Below are positions 48,549 through 57,878 of a stretch of DNA of 64,000 nt, piece after piece. How positions within the stretch are numbered: the first letter of the stretch is position 1; each line of letters begins with the position of its first letter. The position numbers and the translations under genes were made by a program. Source of the DNA: Pseudomonadota bacterium (GTDB lineage Bacteria; Pseudomonadota; Gammaproteobacteria; Pseudomonadales; Halomonadaceae); the NCBI GenBank assembly GCA_051748005.1, contig JBNJGW010000004.1, positions 211 through 64,210 of the forward strand, in the 5' to 3' direction. Below the pieces are notes generated by a model. The model saw only the letters and a list, made by a program, of their open reading frames with translations, did not search any database and was not told the origin of the DNA.

Positions 48549-49352
48549 ATGAACGCCATTGCCCTTGGCCCTTTTTTACTTTCTTTACCGCGTCTATATG
48601 CCTTTGCCTGCGCGCTTTTGCTACTGGTAGCGGTACGCCTGCTGTTCAGGTTGCCCAGTAATGTACAACAGCGCTGGTTTACCGGCCTGATGCTGGCGTG
48701 GCTGATCAGCGCCCGGCTGGGGCATGTCGTGCTTAACCTGGACAGTTACGCGGATACGCCGCTGGAAGTCCTGATGCTCTGGAAGCCCGGCTATGAGGGT
48801 CTGTGGGGCATGCTGGGCGGCATCCTGTGGACGGGCTGGGCGCTGCGTCATCGCCTGAAAGCCATGGTCTCCACCATGCTGCTACTGATGGCGACGTCCG
48901 CCCTGTGGATGGCACTGGTGCTTTTCTCTCCGCTCGGCGGCAGTTCCGCTTCCATGCCGGTACCTGACCTTACCCTGCAGGATATTGAGGGCAATGACAT
49001 TCACCTGCCCTCACTGGCTGACGGTGAACACAAGGTGATTTTCAACCTGTGGGCGACCTGGTGCCCACCCTGCCTGCGAGAAATGCCGTTACTGGCAGAG
49101 GTGGCCACCCGCGAGGATGTCCATGTGGTCATCGTCAACCAGGGTGAAGACCTGTTACCGATAGTGCGCTACCTTGATGAACAGTCACTCAGCTTCCGTT
49201 ATGCACTCCTTGACCCCCAGCAGCGCCTGATGACAGCCTTTGAAACCCCGGGGCTACCCACGACAATGATGTTTGACCATAACGGGCAGGTGATTGAGCA
49301 GCACGTTGGAGAACTGACCCGCGCCCAGCTGGATCAATGGCTGGATAACTGA
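48549..49352 (+). CDS. TlpA-family disulfide reductase with Lgt-like N-terminal membrane domain
   Basis: ARLGHV in the N-terminal TMs; NLWATWCPPCLREMP, VNQGE, GLPTT. Confidence 0.9.
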   Translation: MNAIALGPFLLSLPRLYAFACALLLLVAVRLLFRLPSNVQQRWFTGLMLAWLISARLGHVVLNLDSYADTPLEVLMLWKPGYEGLWGMLGGILWTGWALRHRLKAMVSTMLLLMATSALWMALVLFSPLGGSSASMPVPDLTLQDIEGNDIHLPSLADGEHKVIFNLWATWCPPCLREMPLLAEVATREDVHVVIVNQGEDLLPIVRYLDEQSLSFRYALLDPQQRLMTAFETPGLPTTMMFDHNGQVIEQHVGELTRAQLDQWLDN

Positions 49353-49521
49353 TCCAGACGCATTGCCGCCGGCCCCGATGACTCATAGCACGTTCACGAT
49401 ACTGCAAGGCTAGTTATCATTGTTGGGCCACCACCGCCTTTGCGTTAGAATCCCCCGCCCTGACCCCTCCGTCGGTACCCCGCCGACGGCTTTGACCCGT
49501 ATTCACATCCGTTGAGGCAAC

Positions 49522-52467
49522 ATGAGCGATTTTTCTCCAGGCCAGCGCTGGATTAGCGACGGCGAGGCTGAACTTGGCCTTGGCACCGTGCTTAACTGTG
49601 ACACCCGCAGCGTCACGATTCTGTTCAGTGCCAGCCAGGAAACCCGCACCTACAATACGCGGCAGGCCCCGTTAACACGGGTGCAGTTTGGCAGCGGCGA
49701 TCGCATTACCACCGCTGAAGGCTGGCAGATGCTGGTGGACGAAAGCCAGCAGCATGACGGCCTGATCTTTTATATCGGCGAGGACGACAACGGCGAGCGG
49801 CACGAACTTTCCGAAGCCAGACTGGCCGATACCATGCGCTTTGACCAGGCCCGCGATCGCCTGCTGACCGGTCAGGTCGACCGCAACGACTGGTTCGACC
49901 TGCGCTTTCGTACCCTGCATCACTACCAGCGCATCGAGCAGCACAGCGCTCTGGGGTTTTCCGGCCCGCGTATTGATCTCATTCCTCATCAGCTGTATAT
50001 CGCCGATGAAGTGGCCAACCGTCACGCACCGCGTGTTCTGCTGGCCGATGAAGTCGGGCTGGGTAAAACCATAGAGGCAGGCCTGATACTCCACCGCCTG
50101 CTGCTGGCAGGTCGCGCCGAACGGGCGCTGATCCTGGTACCCGACAGCCTGACGCACCAGTGGCTGGTGGAACTGCTGAGACGCTTTGCGCTGCAGGTCA
50201 CCCTGCTGGATGAACAGCAAAGCCAGGCGCATGGCAGCGAGAACCCCTTTGATAGCGGCCAGCTGATTCTGGCCAGCCAGGGCTGGCTGTTTGCCAACCC
50301 TGGACGCCAGCTACAGGCCCATCAGAGCCACTTCGACGTGCTGATTGTCGATGAAGCCCATCACCTGGACTGGAGCGCGGAAGGCAGCGGGCCAGGCTAT
50401 CAGTGCGTGGAACAGCTGGCTGGCGATATTGAAGGCTTGCTGCTGTTGACCGCCACCCCGGAGCAGATGGGGCTGGAGAGCCATTTTGCCCGCCTGCGGT
50501 TGCTAGACCCTGAGCGTTACCACGACCTGGCACGCTTTCGCGAAGAAGAGCGCCACTATATTGAGGTGGCCGCTGCCATTGATGCCCTGGATGCTCTGCC
50601 GGGCGATACCAGTGCCCGCGCCAGCGTGGATGCGGTGGCCGACGACCGCGACAGTCAGGCGCTGCTCACCACGCTGACACATCCGGAGTCCGACGCCGCC
50701 CAACAGGACGCGGCCCGTTCCCAGCTGCGCGATGCCCTGCTTGACCGCCACGGCACCGGGCGAGTGATGTTCCGCAACAGCCGTCGCCATGTCGGTGGCT
50801 TCCCTGAACGCCGCCTGCACCTGGTGCCGCTGGCGCTGCCATCCGCCTACCGTCGGGTCATGCGCCGTCTGGAACGCGACGAGGACTACCTCGACGAGCT
50901 GCTGATTGAAACCGGCATGGATCACCCGGATGTGCTGATCTACCCGGACGCCATGTACCGCGCGCTCCCCAACGACCCGCTCAATGGCGAAGACTGGTGG
51001 CATATCGATCCAAGGGTCAACTGGCTGCTGGAAAAGCTCAGCGATGACAGCGAAGAAGGCTTTGCCAATGACAAGGTGCTAGTGATTGCCCACCAGCGTG
51101 AAACCGCTGAAGGCATTGCCGAAGGCTTGCGCGTGCTGGGCGGCTACCACGCGCCCGTGTTCCATGAAGACCTGACGCTGATTGAGCGCGACCGCGCCGC
51201 TGCCGCCTTTGCCGACGACGAAGACGGCTGCCAAGTGCTGGTATGCTCGGAAATCGGCTCGGAAGGACGTAATTTCCAGTTCTGCCGCCATCTGGTGATG
51301 TTCGACCTGCCTCAGCACCCTGATCAGCTCGAACAGCGCATCGGGCGACTGGACCGCATTGGCCAGCAGCATGCGATTGAAATCCACGTGCCGACCTTTG
51401 AAGGCAGCCCGGGCGAGCGCCTGCTGCGCTGGTACAACGAGGGCATGGACGCCTTCAGCGCGCCTACCGGTATCGGCAGCGACCTGTTTGAAGCCTTTGG
51501 CGATGCTCTGGCGGACGCCCTGCTGGACGATGAGATGCTGGATGAAATCGTCGACGAAACCCACACACTGTTCACCGCCCAACTGGCCGAACGGGATGCC
51601 GGACGTAACCGCCTGCTGGAGCTCAACGCCTGCCGCCCGGCCCGAGCCAACAGCGTAATCGAAGCCGTACGCGAGCTGGATCAAGATGCCGCCTTGCCCC
51701 GCTATGTCGAACGCGCCCTGGATATCTTTGGCGTTGACAGCCAGGAGCTGGGCAAGGACCTGCTGGTGCTCGAACCCGGCCAGCATATGCTGGATGGCCT
51801 GCCCGGGCTGGTCAAAGGCGAAGAAGGGTTCACCGCCACCTATCGCCGCGATGTCGCTCTGGCCCGCGACGACGTGCAGCGCCTCTCCTGGGAGCACCCA
51901 CTGCTGCGTGAAATGATGGGCCGGATCATCGATGGCGCCATGGGCAATACGGCCCTGGCGCTGCTGCCCCATCCGGCGCTGCCAAGCGGCCGCTTGATGG
52001 TTGAGCTGATCTTCCGCACCCACTGCCCGGCGCCCAAACGACTGCACCTGAACCGCTTCCTGCCGCCGACGGCTGTTCGCGTGCTGCTGGATGAATCCGG
52101 CGCTAACCTGACCGGCAAGATCTCCTTTACCGGGCTGAGCAAGAACGTTCAGAAGGTCAATAAATCCATGGCCCGCGAGCTGATCAAAAGCCGCCATGAC
52201 CAGCTGCGTGAACTGCTTTTACAGGGAGAAGGGGAAGCTGACCGGGAACTGCCAAGTATCGTTGAAGCCGCCGAAACCCGCATGCGCGGCCAGCTCGACA
52301 GTGAACTGGCCCGCCTGACTGCGCTGGCTGAACACAACCCGACGGTACGCGAGGCTGAAATTGACGCCATCCGCCAGGAAAGAACAGCGCTCAGCGATGC
52401 CATCGAAGCCACCCGCCTACGCCTGGATGCCGTGCGCGTAGTGATTACCGCCGACCCGAAAAAATAA
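49522..52467 (+). CDS. rapA: RNA polymerase-associated SWI2/SNF2 ATPase RapA
   Basis: PGQRWISDGEAELGLG, ADEVGLGKT, DEAHH, SEIGSEGRNFQF, EQRIGRLDRIGQ. Confidence 0.97.
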   Translation: MSDFSPGQRWISDGEAELGLGTVLNCDTRSVTILFSASQETRTYNTRQAPLTRVQFGSGDRITTAEGWQMLVDESQQHDGLIFYIGEDDNGERHELSEARLADTMRFDQARDRLLTGQVDRNDWFDLRFRTLHHYQRIEQHSALGFSGPRIDLIPHQLYIADEVANRHAPRVLLADEVGLGKTIEAGLILHRLLLAGRAERALILVPDSLTHQWLVELLRRFALQVTLLDEQQSQAHGSENPFDSGQLILASQGWLFANPGRQLQAHQSHFDVLIVDEAHHLDWSAEGSGPGYQCVEQLAGDIEGLLLLTATPEQMGLESHFARLRLLDPERYHDLARFREEERHYIEVAAAIDALDALPGDTSARASVDAVADDRDSQALLTTLTHPESDAAQQDAARSQLRDALLDRHGTGRVMFRNSRRHVGGFPERRLHLVPLALPSAYRRVMRRLERDEDYLDELLIETGMDHPDVLIYPDAMYRALPNDPLNGEDWWHIDPRVNWLLEKLSDDSEEGFANDKVLVIAHQRETAEGIAEGLRVLGGYHAPVFHEDLTLIERDRAAAAFADDEDGCQVLVCSEIGSEGRNFQFCRHLVMFDLPQHPDQLEQRIGRLDRIGQQHAIEIHVPTFEGSPGERLLRWYNEGMDAFSAPTGIGSDLFEAFGDALADALLDDEMLDEIVDETHTLFTAQLAERDAGRNRLLELNACRPARANSVIEAVRELDQDAALPRYVERALDIFGVDSQELGKDLLVLEPGQHMLDGLPGLVKGEEGFTATYRRDVALARDDVQRLSWEHPLLREMMGRIIDGAMGNTALALLPHPALPSGRLMVELIFRTHCPAPKRLHLNRFLPPTAVRVLLDESGANLTGKISFTGLSKNVQKVNKSMARELIKSRHDQLRELLLQGEGEADRELPSIVEAAETRMRGQLDSELARLTALAEHNPTVREAEIDAIRQERTALSDAIEATRLRLDAVRVVITADPKK

Positions 52468-52511
52468 CCCGCCTGCCACGCCCCACGGATGGGGCAGTTC
52501 GATATATTTTG

Positions 52512-52625
52512 GCCACGGACACTCACGGAAAACACGGACGAAAACCTTAAAACCTTTTGTTTTGGGTTTGACCTTATCCCTGTCCGTGTCGTCCGTGAGT
52601 GTCCGTGGCAATTAGTGTCCGTGGC
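52512..52625. repeat. REP/MITE-like inverted repeat built from CACGGA units
   Basis: 28-bp arms 52512-52539 and 52582-52609 (26/28 complementary) around a 42-nt loop; extra AGTGTCCGTGGC at 52614-52625. Confidence 0.8.
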
Positions 52626-52649
52626 TACTATGACTGTCTCACTCACCCC

Positions 52650-53558
52650 TCACTTGTGCAGGATCGCCTCCAAAGCCTTGTCCAGGGTCGGGTACTGGAA
52701 AGTGAACCCCGCTGCTTCCAGGCGTGCCGGGCGCATATCAGCGCCGGTCAGTAACAGCTGTGACATCTCGCCAAAGCCAAGCTTTAATACCGGTGCGGGC
52801 ACCGGAAAGATCGCCGGGCGCTTCAGCGTTTTGGCCAGGGTGCGAGTGAATTCCGCATTGGTCACGGGGTGTGGCGCACTGGCGTTGAAAGGCCCGGTCA
52901 GCGTCTGATCCTCCAACAGGAACAGCATGGCCTCGACCAGATCATCGCGGTGAATCCACGGCATGAAGTGCTTGCCATCCCCAAAGCGCCCACCCAGACC
53001 CAGCTTGAAAGGCGGCAGCATTTTCTGCAGGGTGCCGCCACCGGCTTCCAGCACCAGGCCGATCCGCAGGATGGCCAGGCGCACACCCAAAGCTTCAACC
53101 TGACGGGCAGCCTCTTCCCATTTGACACACAGGCGATGGGCAAACTCATCGTTAGGTGGTGTTTCTTCTGTCACCTTGTTGGCCCCCTGGTCACCGTAAT
53201 ATCCCACGGCTGACGCCGACAGCAGGGTATGCGGCAACGGCTGGCCATTTTCCTTGAGCTGTTCGCAAAGAGCCACCAGCTGTCCGGTCGCCTTCAGGCG
53301 CGATTGAATCAGTTCTTCCTTCTGGGCTTCGCTCCAGCGCTTGGCAGCAATTGATTCTCCTGCCAGGTTAATCAGCGCTTCCGGCGGCGAATCAGCAAAT
53401 GCCTGGGCGCTTTCCCGGATATCGCAGCCTTCGGGCAGACGCGAGCGGACTTTCTCGGGTGTCCGTGAGACAACCTGCAGGGCATGCCCCTGCGCTGCCA
53501 GACGCTTGCAAAGGCGCTGGCCGACAAAACCGCTTCCGCCCGTTATCAATACACGCAT
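52650..53558 (-). CDS. TIGR01777-family NAD(P)-dependent epimerase/oxidoreductase
   Basis: MRVLITGGSGFVG, INLAGESI, SASAVGYYG, PWIHRDD. Confidence 0.93.
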   Translation of the reverse strand: MRVLITGGSGFVGQRLCKRLAAQGHALQVVSRTPEKVRSRLPEGCDIRESAQAFADSPPEALINLAGESIAAKRWSEAQKEELIQSRLKATGQLVALCEQLKENGQPLPHTLLSASAVGYYGDQGANKVTEETPPNDEFAHRLCVKWEEAARQVEALGVRLAILRIGLVLEAGGGTLQKMLPPFKLGLGGRFGDGKHFMPWIHRDDLVEAMLFLLEDQTLTGPFNASAPHPVTNAEFTRTLAKTLKRPAIFPVPAPVLKLGFGEMSQLLLTGADMRPARLEAAGFTFQYPTLDKALEAILHK

Positions 53559-53723
53559 GATGTGTTCTCCTTTCGCTGCCACCAGTGCTGATGCAATGGG
53601 GGTATGACGCTATTTTATTGTACGATACCTATACCAGTCTGCTACAATCAAAACAGATAACCAAACGTTTCGATATTGTCACCATCAACGGCGTTGACAC
53701 CGCTGTGATCAAGGATACGTTAC

Positions 53724-54833
53724 ATGGCCGCTTCTAACATGTCCGGTGCTGCTATTTCCTCCCACTCACCTGAAGGTGCTTCTTCCCACACCGCCATCAT
53801 CGGGGCTGGGCTGGCAGGCTTGGCCTGCGCCAAGGTCATGGCTAACGCTGGCGAGCAGGTCACCCTGTTTGATAAAGCACGCGGCCCGGGCGGGCGGATG
53901 TCAAGCAAGCATCGCCCGGAAGCAGTTCTGGATCTTGGTGCCCAGGCTTTTAGCGTACGTGATGAGGCCTTCGACGAGGAAGTTGCCCGCTGGCAGGCGG
54001 CAGGCTGCGTTGGCCAATGGCCTGAACGTATTTACCGCGCCAGCCCAACGGGCTGGCAACCACATCATGATGGTCAGGTGCGTTTTACAGGCCTCCCCAG
54101 AATGAGTGCCATCACTCGTCATCTGGCTGCAACGCTTGAGGCCAGCGACGTCGCGATACATACCGCTACTCCCATCACCGCCCTGATCAGAAAAAGCGAG
54201 GGCTGGTGGCTGGAAGGCAACAACACGGAACTGCATGGACCTTATACGCGCGTCGTAATTACCGCCCCGCCTCCCCAGGCAGCCATTCTGGTACAACCCT
54301 GGGATGCACAACTGTTCGAGCTCTGCCAGAGCCTGGTACAGCGCGGCTGCTGGGCCGGCTGGGCAGTATTTGCCAACCCCCTGCCAACCCCCATAGGCAT
54401 CAAAAAAGACTGGCAGATGGCCCGGGTGGATCACCCTGCCCTAAGGCTGGTTTGCCGTAATCAGACCAAACCTGGGCGCGAGAACCAGCCGGAGAGCCTG
54501 AGCCTGCTGGCCAACCTGGAGTGGAGTGAAACCCACCTGGAGGCCACGCCGGAAGCCATTACCCAGTCTCTGCTCGACGCCCTGAAAAGCCTTTATCCCG
54601 CGCCACTCAAGCTGCCCGAACTGCTGGATAGCGGCGCCCACCGCTGGCGTTATTCCCAGCCGGATCAAGACAACCCGTTTCCCGAGCAAGGGTTTGCCCA
54701 CGGAGCCAACGGCCTTGCGCTGTGCGGCGATAGCCTGCGCGGTGGAAGGGTGGAAGACGCCTGGCTTTCCGGTCATCGGCTCGGGCTGTCGCTGCTTGAT
54801 GCTGACCATCTCAAGACCGGGTCAGCAGGATAA
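53724..54833 (+). CDS. Renalase-like FAD-dependent oxidoreductase
   Basis: IIGAGLAGL, DKARGPGGRMSSK, DLGAQAF, HRWRYS, GGRVEDAWLSG. Confidence 0.9.
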   Translation: MAASNMSGAAISSHSPEGASSHTAIIGAGLAGLACAKVMANAGEQVTLFDKARGPGGRMSSKHRPEAVLDLGAQAFSVRDEAFDEEVARWQAAGCVGQWPERIYRASPTGWQPHHDGQVRFTGLPRMSAITRHLAATLEASDVAIHTATPITALIRKSEGWWLEGNNTELHGPYTRVVITAPPPQAAILVQPWDAQLFELCQSLVQRGCWAGWAVFANPLPTPIGIKKDWQMARVDHPALRLVCRNQTKPGRENQPESLSLLANLEWSETHLEATPEAITQSLLDALKSLYPAPLKLPELLDSGAHRWRYSQPDQDNPFPEQGFAHGANGLALCGDSLRGGRVEDAWLSGHRLGLSLLDADHLKTGSAG

Positions 54834-55007
54834 ATAGCCATGCATGGAATGAGAGGTTGTACCTTGAGGCGACAAGTTGTACAAATAAAGCATGTATAAT
54901 ACGCGTCGATTTTTTGCTTTATGAATCAATTGCGTTGAGAATTGAACGCAAGTCAAACCAAACACACTGTGCATTTTGCAAAAGATAACCAAGAGGCAAT
55001 GGCGCCC

Positions 55008-55928
55008 ATGAGCAACAAGGCGACCCACCCACCCGACACACCGCTTTACCCTATCCGGGAAGTTTCCCGACTGACAGGTGTGAACTCGGTCACTCTGCGC
55101 GCCTGGGAGCGCCGCTATGGGCTGATTCGTCCGCAGCGCACGCCTAAAGGCCATCGCCTCTACGCGCAGGATGACATCACCCGCATCGAACGTATCCTGC
55201 AATGGCTCAACCGTGGCGTGCCGGTCAGCCAGGTTGGTGATCTGCTTGACCAGCCCGAAACCGTTGAACCCCCGGCACCGGCCAGCGGTGACTGGGAAAG
55301 TCAGCGCCAGCAGCTACAGGGCACGATTGAATCACTGGATATGGCACGGCTGGATCCGCTCTATCATCAGAGCCTGGCGCTCTACCCACTCAGCGTGGCA
55401 ATCAATGAGCTGTGGCAGCCGGTGATCATGAATCTGGAAGCCCAATGGGAGAGCAAGCCGGATCCACTGGTACGCCGGACGCTGGAAGCCTTCCTGCGCA
55501 ATCAGGTGGGCATCCGTCTGCACCATGCCAATCAGGCGACTCGAGGGCCCCTGATCCTGCTCAACAGCATGCCTGACGACCCGGGGCCGCTATGGATTCT
55601 GATGGTAGCGCTGGTTGCCAGCGAACACGGCTACCGAGTACAGATGCTGGACCGCAACCTGCCTCTGGACGACCTGCCCCAGGCAGTGTCACGCCTGCAT
55701 GCGTCGATTGTATTACTGACCAGCGGCCAATCAGAAAGCGACCACTACATTCACGACCTGCTGCCTCAGGCGGCCAGGGGGCTGAATGTACCGGTGGGCG
55801 TATGCGGTAATGTAGCCCAGCTGCGCGAAAACGACTTTTCCAGCGGCGATGTGCATCTGCTGGGTAATGATCTTCCCCAAGCCATTTCGCGTCTGCGCCC
55901 GCTGTTGCGTGAATCCGGCATTCTCTGA
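55008..55928 (+). CDS. MerR-family LitR/CarH-like transcriptional regulator
   Basis: YPIREVSRLTGVNSVTLRAWERRYGLIRPQRTPKGHRLY; C-terminal B12-binding-like region; directly upstream of photolyase; start 55008 or 54999. Confidence 0.9.
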   Translation: MSNKATHPPDTPLYPIREVSRLTGVNSVTLRAWERRYGLIRPQRTPKGHRLYAQDDITRIERILQWLNRGVPVSQVGDLLDQPETVEPPAPASGDWESQRQQLQGTIESLDMARLDPLYHQSLALYPLSVAINELWQPVIMNLEAQWESKPDPLVRRTLEAFLRNQVGIRLHHANQATRGPLILLNSMPDDPGPLWILMVALVASEHGYRVQMLDRNLPLDDLPQAVSRLHASIVLLTSGQSESDHYIHDLLPQAARGLNVPVGVCGNVAQLRENDFSSGDVHLLGNDLPQAISRLRPLLRESGIL

Positions 55929-55962
55929 CAAACGTTTCTGATATTCCTCGACAGGAGACACC

Positions 55963-57372
55963 ATGGCGCTGCAGTTGGTTTGGTTTCGTACCGATTTACG
56001 TATCCACGACAACAGCGCGCTAGCCGCAGCGGCTGAAAAAGGCCCTGTGGTGGCGGTTTTCCTGCACAGCAGCGAGCAATGGCAAGCCCATGGCCATGGT
56101 GCCAACAAGCTGGACTTCTTGACGCGCGGAGTTGATGCCCTGAAAGACGCTCTGGCAGGGCTGAATATCCCACTGCTTCAGCGCGAAACAGGCACCTTCG
56201 AACAGGCCCCCCGGCAGCTTGTCGAGCTGGCCCGTCAGCTGGGTGTTGAAGGCCTGCACTTCAATCATGAATACCCGCTTAACGAACAACGTCGCGACCA
56301 GGCCGTTATCGAGCACTGCCAATCGGCTGGGCTGAGCGTTCACGGCTACCATGATGCCATCGCCTTTGCCCCCGGCACCCTGTTGACCGGCAAAGGCGAC
56401 TATTACGGCGTATTTACGCCTTTTTCCAAGGCCTGGCATAAAAACATCCAGCCTGAACAGCTGGCATTGCGCAACACGCCTGAACCCCAGGCGCCGCTGG
56501 ATATTCCAAGCGATGCCACGCCTAGCCTGCCTGCCCTGGCTACCCAGCCGGTGGATGGCCGCCAGTGGCCTGCCGGTGAACAGGCCGCTGCCGATAAGCT
56601 GGAGCGGTTTCTGCGTTTTCGAGGCCGCTACTACCAGTCACAGCGTGATTTCCCCCATGTGCGCGGTACCAGCGAGCTTTCCGCCTACCTGGCGCTGGGG
56701 ATGATTTCCTGGCGCCAGTGCATGCAGGCCGTGCTGAGTGAGAACGGCAGCCTGGCCGACGGCGATGCCGGCCTTGTTGCCTGGGTGAGTGAGCTGATCT
56801 GGCGGGAGTTTTACCAGCATGTCGCTGTGGGCTTTCCCCAGGTATGCCAGCACCAGCCGTTTCAGGCCCATACCCGCCATCTGGCCTGGCGTGACGATGA
56901 CGACGCCTTTGCCGCCTGGTGCGAAGGGCGCACCGGCTATCCAATCGTCGATGCCGCCATGCGCCAGCTGGTCGCTACCGGCTGGATGCATAACCGTCTG
57001 CGCATGATTACCGCCATGTTCCTGAGCAAGCACCTGCTGATCGACTGGCGCCGCGGCGAGGCGTTTTTTCTACAGCACCTAGTGGACGGCGAGTTCTGCG
57101 CCAACAACGGCGGCTGGCAGTGGGCGGCTTCTACCGGTACGGATGCCGCGCCCTATTTCCGCATTTTCAACCCGACCACCCAGTCCAGCCGCTTCGATCC
57201 GGAAGGCAACTTTATTGCCCACTGGCTGCCTGAACTGGAACAGTTGCCTGCCAAGGCGCGCCACTCCCCACCCAGGGATCTATTGACCCAGCTTGATTAT
57301 CCGGCGCCGATTGTGGAACACAAGATGGCCCGCCAGCGGGCACTGGATGCGTTCAAGGCCCTGAAGGACTAG
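55963..57372 (+). CDS. phrB: Class I CPD DNA photolyase
   Basis: WFRTDLRIHDN, ELIWREFY, GRTGYPIVDAAMRQL, GWMHNRLRM, NNGGWQWAASTG, YFRIFNP. Confidence 0.95.
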   Translation: MALQLVWFRTDLRIHDNSALAAAAEKGPVVAVFLHSSEQWQAHGHGANKLDFLTRGVDALKDALAGLNIPLLQRETGTFEQAPRQLVELARQLGVEGLHFNHEYPLNEQRRDQAVIEHCQSAGLSVHGYHDAIAFAPGTLLTGKGDYYGVFTPFSKAWHKNIQPEQLALRNTPEPQAPLDIPSDATPSLPALATQPVDGRQWPAGEQAAADKLERFLRFRGRYYQSQRDFPHVRGTSELSAYLALGMISWRQCMQAVLSENGSLADGDAGLVAWVSELIWREFYQHVAVGFPQVCQHQPFQAHTRHLAWRDDDDAFAAWCEGRTGYPIVDAAMRQLVATGWMHNRLRMITAMFLSKHLLIDWRRGEAFFLQHLVDGEFCANNGGWQWAASTGTDAAPYFRIFNPTTQSSRFDPEGNFIAHWLPELEQLPAKARHSPPRDLLTQLDYPAPIVEHKMARQRALDAFKALKD

Positions 57373-57421
57373 CCTGTCGCGGCGCTGTTATATGTCACTG
57401 CTACCCTTACCGGAGTTCGTC

Positions 57422-57853
57422 ATGTCACAGGACACGGCGCTTGATGCGTTCTGCGCCTTCTTCAACAAACTAGACAACACCTGTACAGAAAAGCTATACG
57501 AGGTATATACTGACGATATTGTATTCAGCGACCCCTTGCATAGCATTGAGGGACGAGCAGCACTGGAGAATTATTTTGCTGGCATGTACGCCAACGTCAG
57601 TGAATGCCGGTTCTGTTACCACCAGCGCCAGCGTCACGGGGAAACCGCCTTCGTCACCTGGACAATGAGCTTTGCTCACCCAAGGTTAGCCGGCGGGAGA
57701 GTGATCAGCGTCGACGGCTGCTCACATCTGACCTTTGCAGATGACGGCCGGGTTTCCCGCCATCGTGACTACTTCGATGCCGGCGCCATGCTGTACGAAA
57801 ATGTCCCCGTCATGGGTGGGCTGATACGTTTACTGAAACGCCGCGCGGGCTGA
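57422..57853 (+). CDS. SnoaL/NTF2-like protein
   Basis: FSDPLHSIEG, HRDYFDAGAMLYENVP; ATG at 57422 after GGAG. Confidence 0.88.
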   Translation: MSQDTALDAFCAFFNKLDNTCTEKLYEVYTDDIVFSDPLHSIEGRAALENYFAGMYANVSECRFCYHQRQRHGETAFVTWTMSFAHPRLAGGRVISVDGCSHLTFADDGRVSRHRDYFDAGAMLYENVPVMGGLIRLLKRRAG

Positions 57854-57878
57854 AGGCCGCGCAACCAAGGAGAGAGTC

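Noticed and set aside
52489-52646. ORFs spanning the CACGGA repeat; possible CRISPR array
   Set aside because: The ORFs just read through the repeat. The units are short, inverted, lack unique spacers, and no cas genes are present.
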